In this document: positions 62,925 to 64,000 of the stretch, in pieces | Position numbering within the stretch: the stretch's first letter is position 1 | How the letters are laid out: every line of letters begins with the position of its first letter | Assembly: GCA_951406725.2 (NCBI GenBank) | Contig: OX597830.1 | Location: 68,138,001-68,202,000 of the forward strand | Length of the DNA stretch: 64,000 bases | Source of the DNA: Octopus vulgaris | Taxonomy: Eukaryota | Direction: 5' to 3' | Notes under the pieces: model-generated | What the model saw: only the letters and a program-made list of their open reading frames with translations | Told to the model about the DNA's origin: nothing | The model's database searches: none | Made by a program: the position numbers and the translations under genes

Positions 62925-64000
62925 CATCGTCGTCGTCATCATCATTTAATGTCCACTTTCCATGCTGGCATGGGGTGGACAGTTTGACTGAGGGCTGGTG
63001 AGTCAGAAGGCTGCATTAAGCTCCAATCTGATCTGGCAAAGTTTCTACAGCTGTATGCCCTTCCTAATGCCAGCCACCCCAAGAATGTAGTGGGTGCTTT
63101 AATGTGCCACTGGCACGGGGGCCAGTCAGGTGGTACTGGCATCAACCACGCTCAAATGGCACTTTTTATGTGCTACCTGCACAGGAGCCAGTCAGGTGAC
63201 TCTGCCAATGACCACTCTGAAATCGTGCTTTTTACATGCCACCAGCACAGGAGCCAGTCAGGTGGCACTGGCAACGACCAAGCTTGAATGGTGCATTTAA
63301 CATTCCACTGGCACAGGTCCCAGTCAGGTGGTACTGTCATCAGCCATGACATCGATTTCACTTGCTTCAACAGGTCTTAGCAAGCAGAGATTATTGCCCA
63401 ATGATTGAAGAGTACTCTTAAATGGGCTGGTTATGCAGCACTGGCATAGGCTACGGTTATAGTCTCATTTGGCTAGCCGGGTCTTCTCAAGCACAGCATA
63501 TCTCCAAAGGTCTCAGTCACTTGTCATGCCTAGGAGAGGCCCAATGTTCAAAGGTCATGCTTCACCACCTCATCTCAGGGCTTCCTGGGTCTACCTCTTC
63601 CACAGGTTCCCTCAAATGCTAGGATGTGGCACTGCTCACACAGCTGTCCTCATCCATTCACAATACATGACCATGCCAGTGCAGTCATCTCTCTTGCACA
63701 CCACATCTGATGCTTCTTATGTCCAACGTTTCTCTCAGGGCACTTACACTCTGTTGTGTATGCATACTGACGTTACACATCCAGCAGAGCATACTAGCTT
63801 CATTCCTTGTAAGCTTACGGATGTCCTCAGTAGTCACAACCCATCTTTCACAGCCATGTAGCATGGCTGTTGACACACATGTGTCATACAGTCTACCTTT
63901 TACTCTGAGTGAGAGGCCCTTTGCCACCAGCAAAGGTAAGAGCTCTCTGAACTTTGCCCAGGCTATTCTTATTCTAGAAGTTACACTTTCACTTGGTCAC
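62925..64000 (-). mobile_element. RTE LINE 3' part with internal ~60-bp tandem repeats and (GAT)n tail
   Basis: LLVAKGLSLRVKGRLYDTCVSTAMLHGCERW, SIRCGVQER; repeats at 63110-63350. Confidence 0.88.

Overview
AT-rich, microsatellite-dense eukaryotic (metazoan) genomic DNA. The repeat landscape (tRNA-derived SINEs, RTE, Dong/R4, CR1, Penelope-like elements) suggests a cephalopod/Octopus genome, which is an inference. One multi-exon gene runs on the minus strand across most of the window. I traced 12 GT-AG exons (62772 down to 14695) that splice into one open frame encoding TRPM cation-channel N-terminal MHR1-3 (SLOG) sequence. The end of one MHR1-3 module (3 exons, 62772-56889) joins in frame, across a ~2 kb intron, to a complete second module (9 exons, 1077 nt = 359 aa, phase 0-0). 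No MHR4 or transmembrane exons are recognisable between the modules, which suggests a TRPM-derived protein built of tandem ligand-binding modules. The two modules share alignable intron sequence but have highly divergent peptides. The introns and flanks contain a full-length CR1 LINE with a 9-bp TSD nested in a Dong/R4 element, a Naiad-type Penelope element with an intact hammerhead ribozyme, and mariner, Sola, Helitron, Gypsy, Tx1 and RTE remnants, plus a ~750-bp foldback element. Most entries in the ORF track are spurious.
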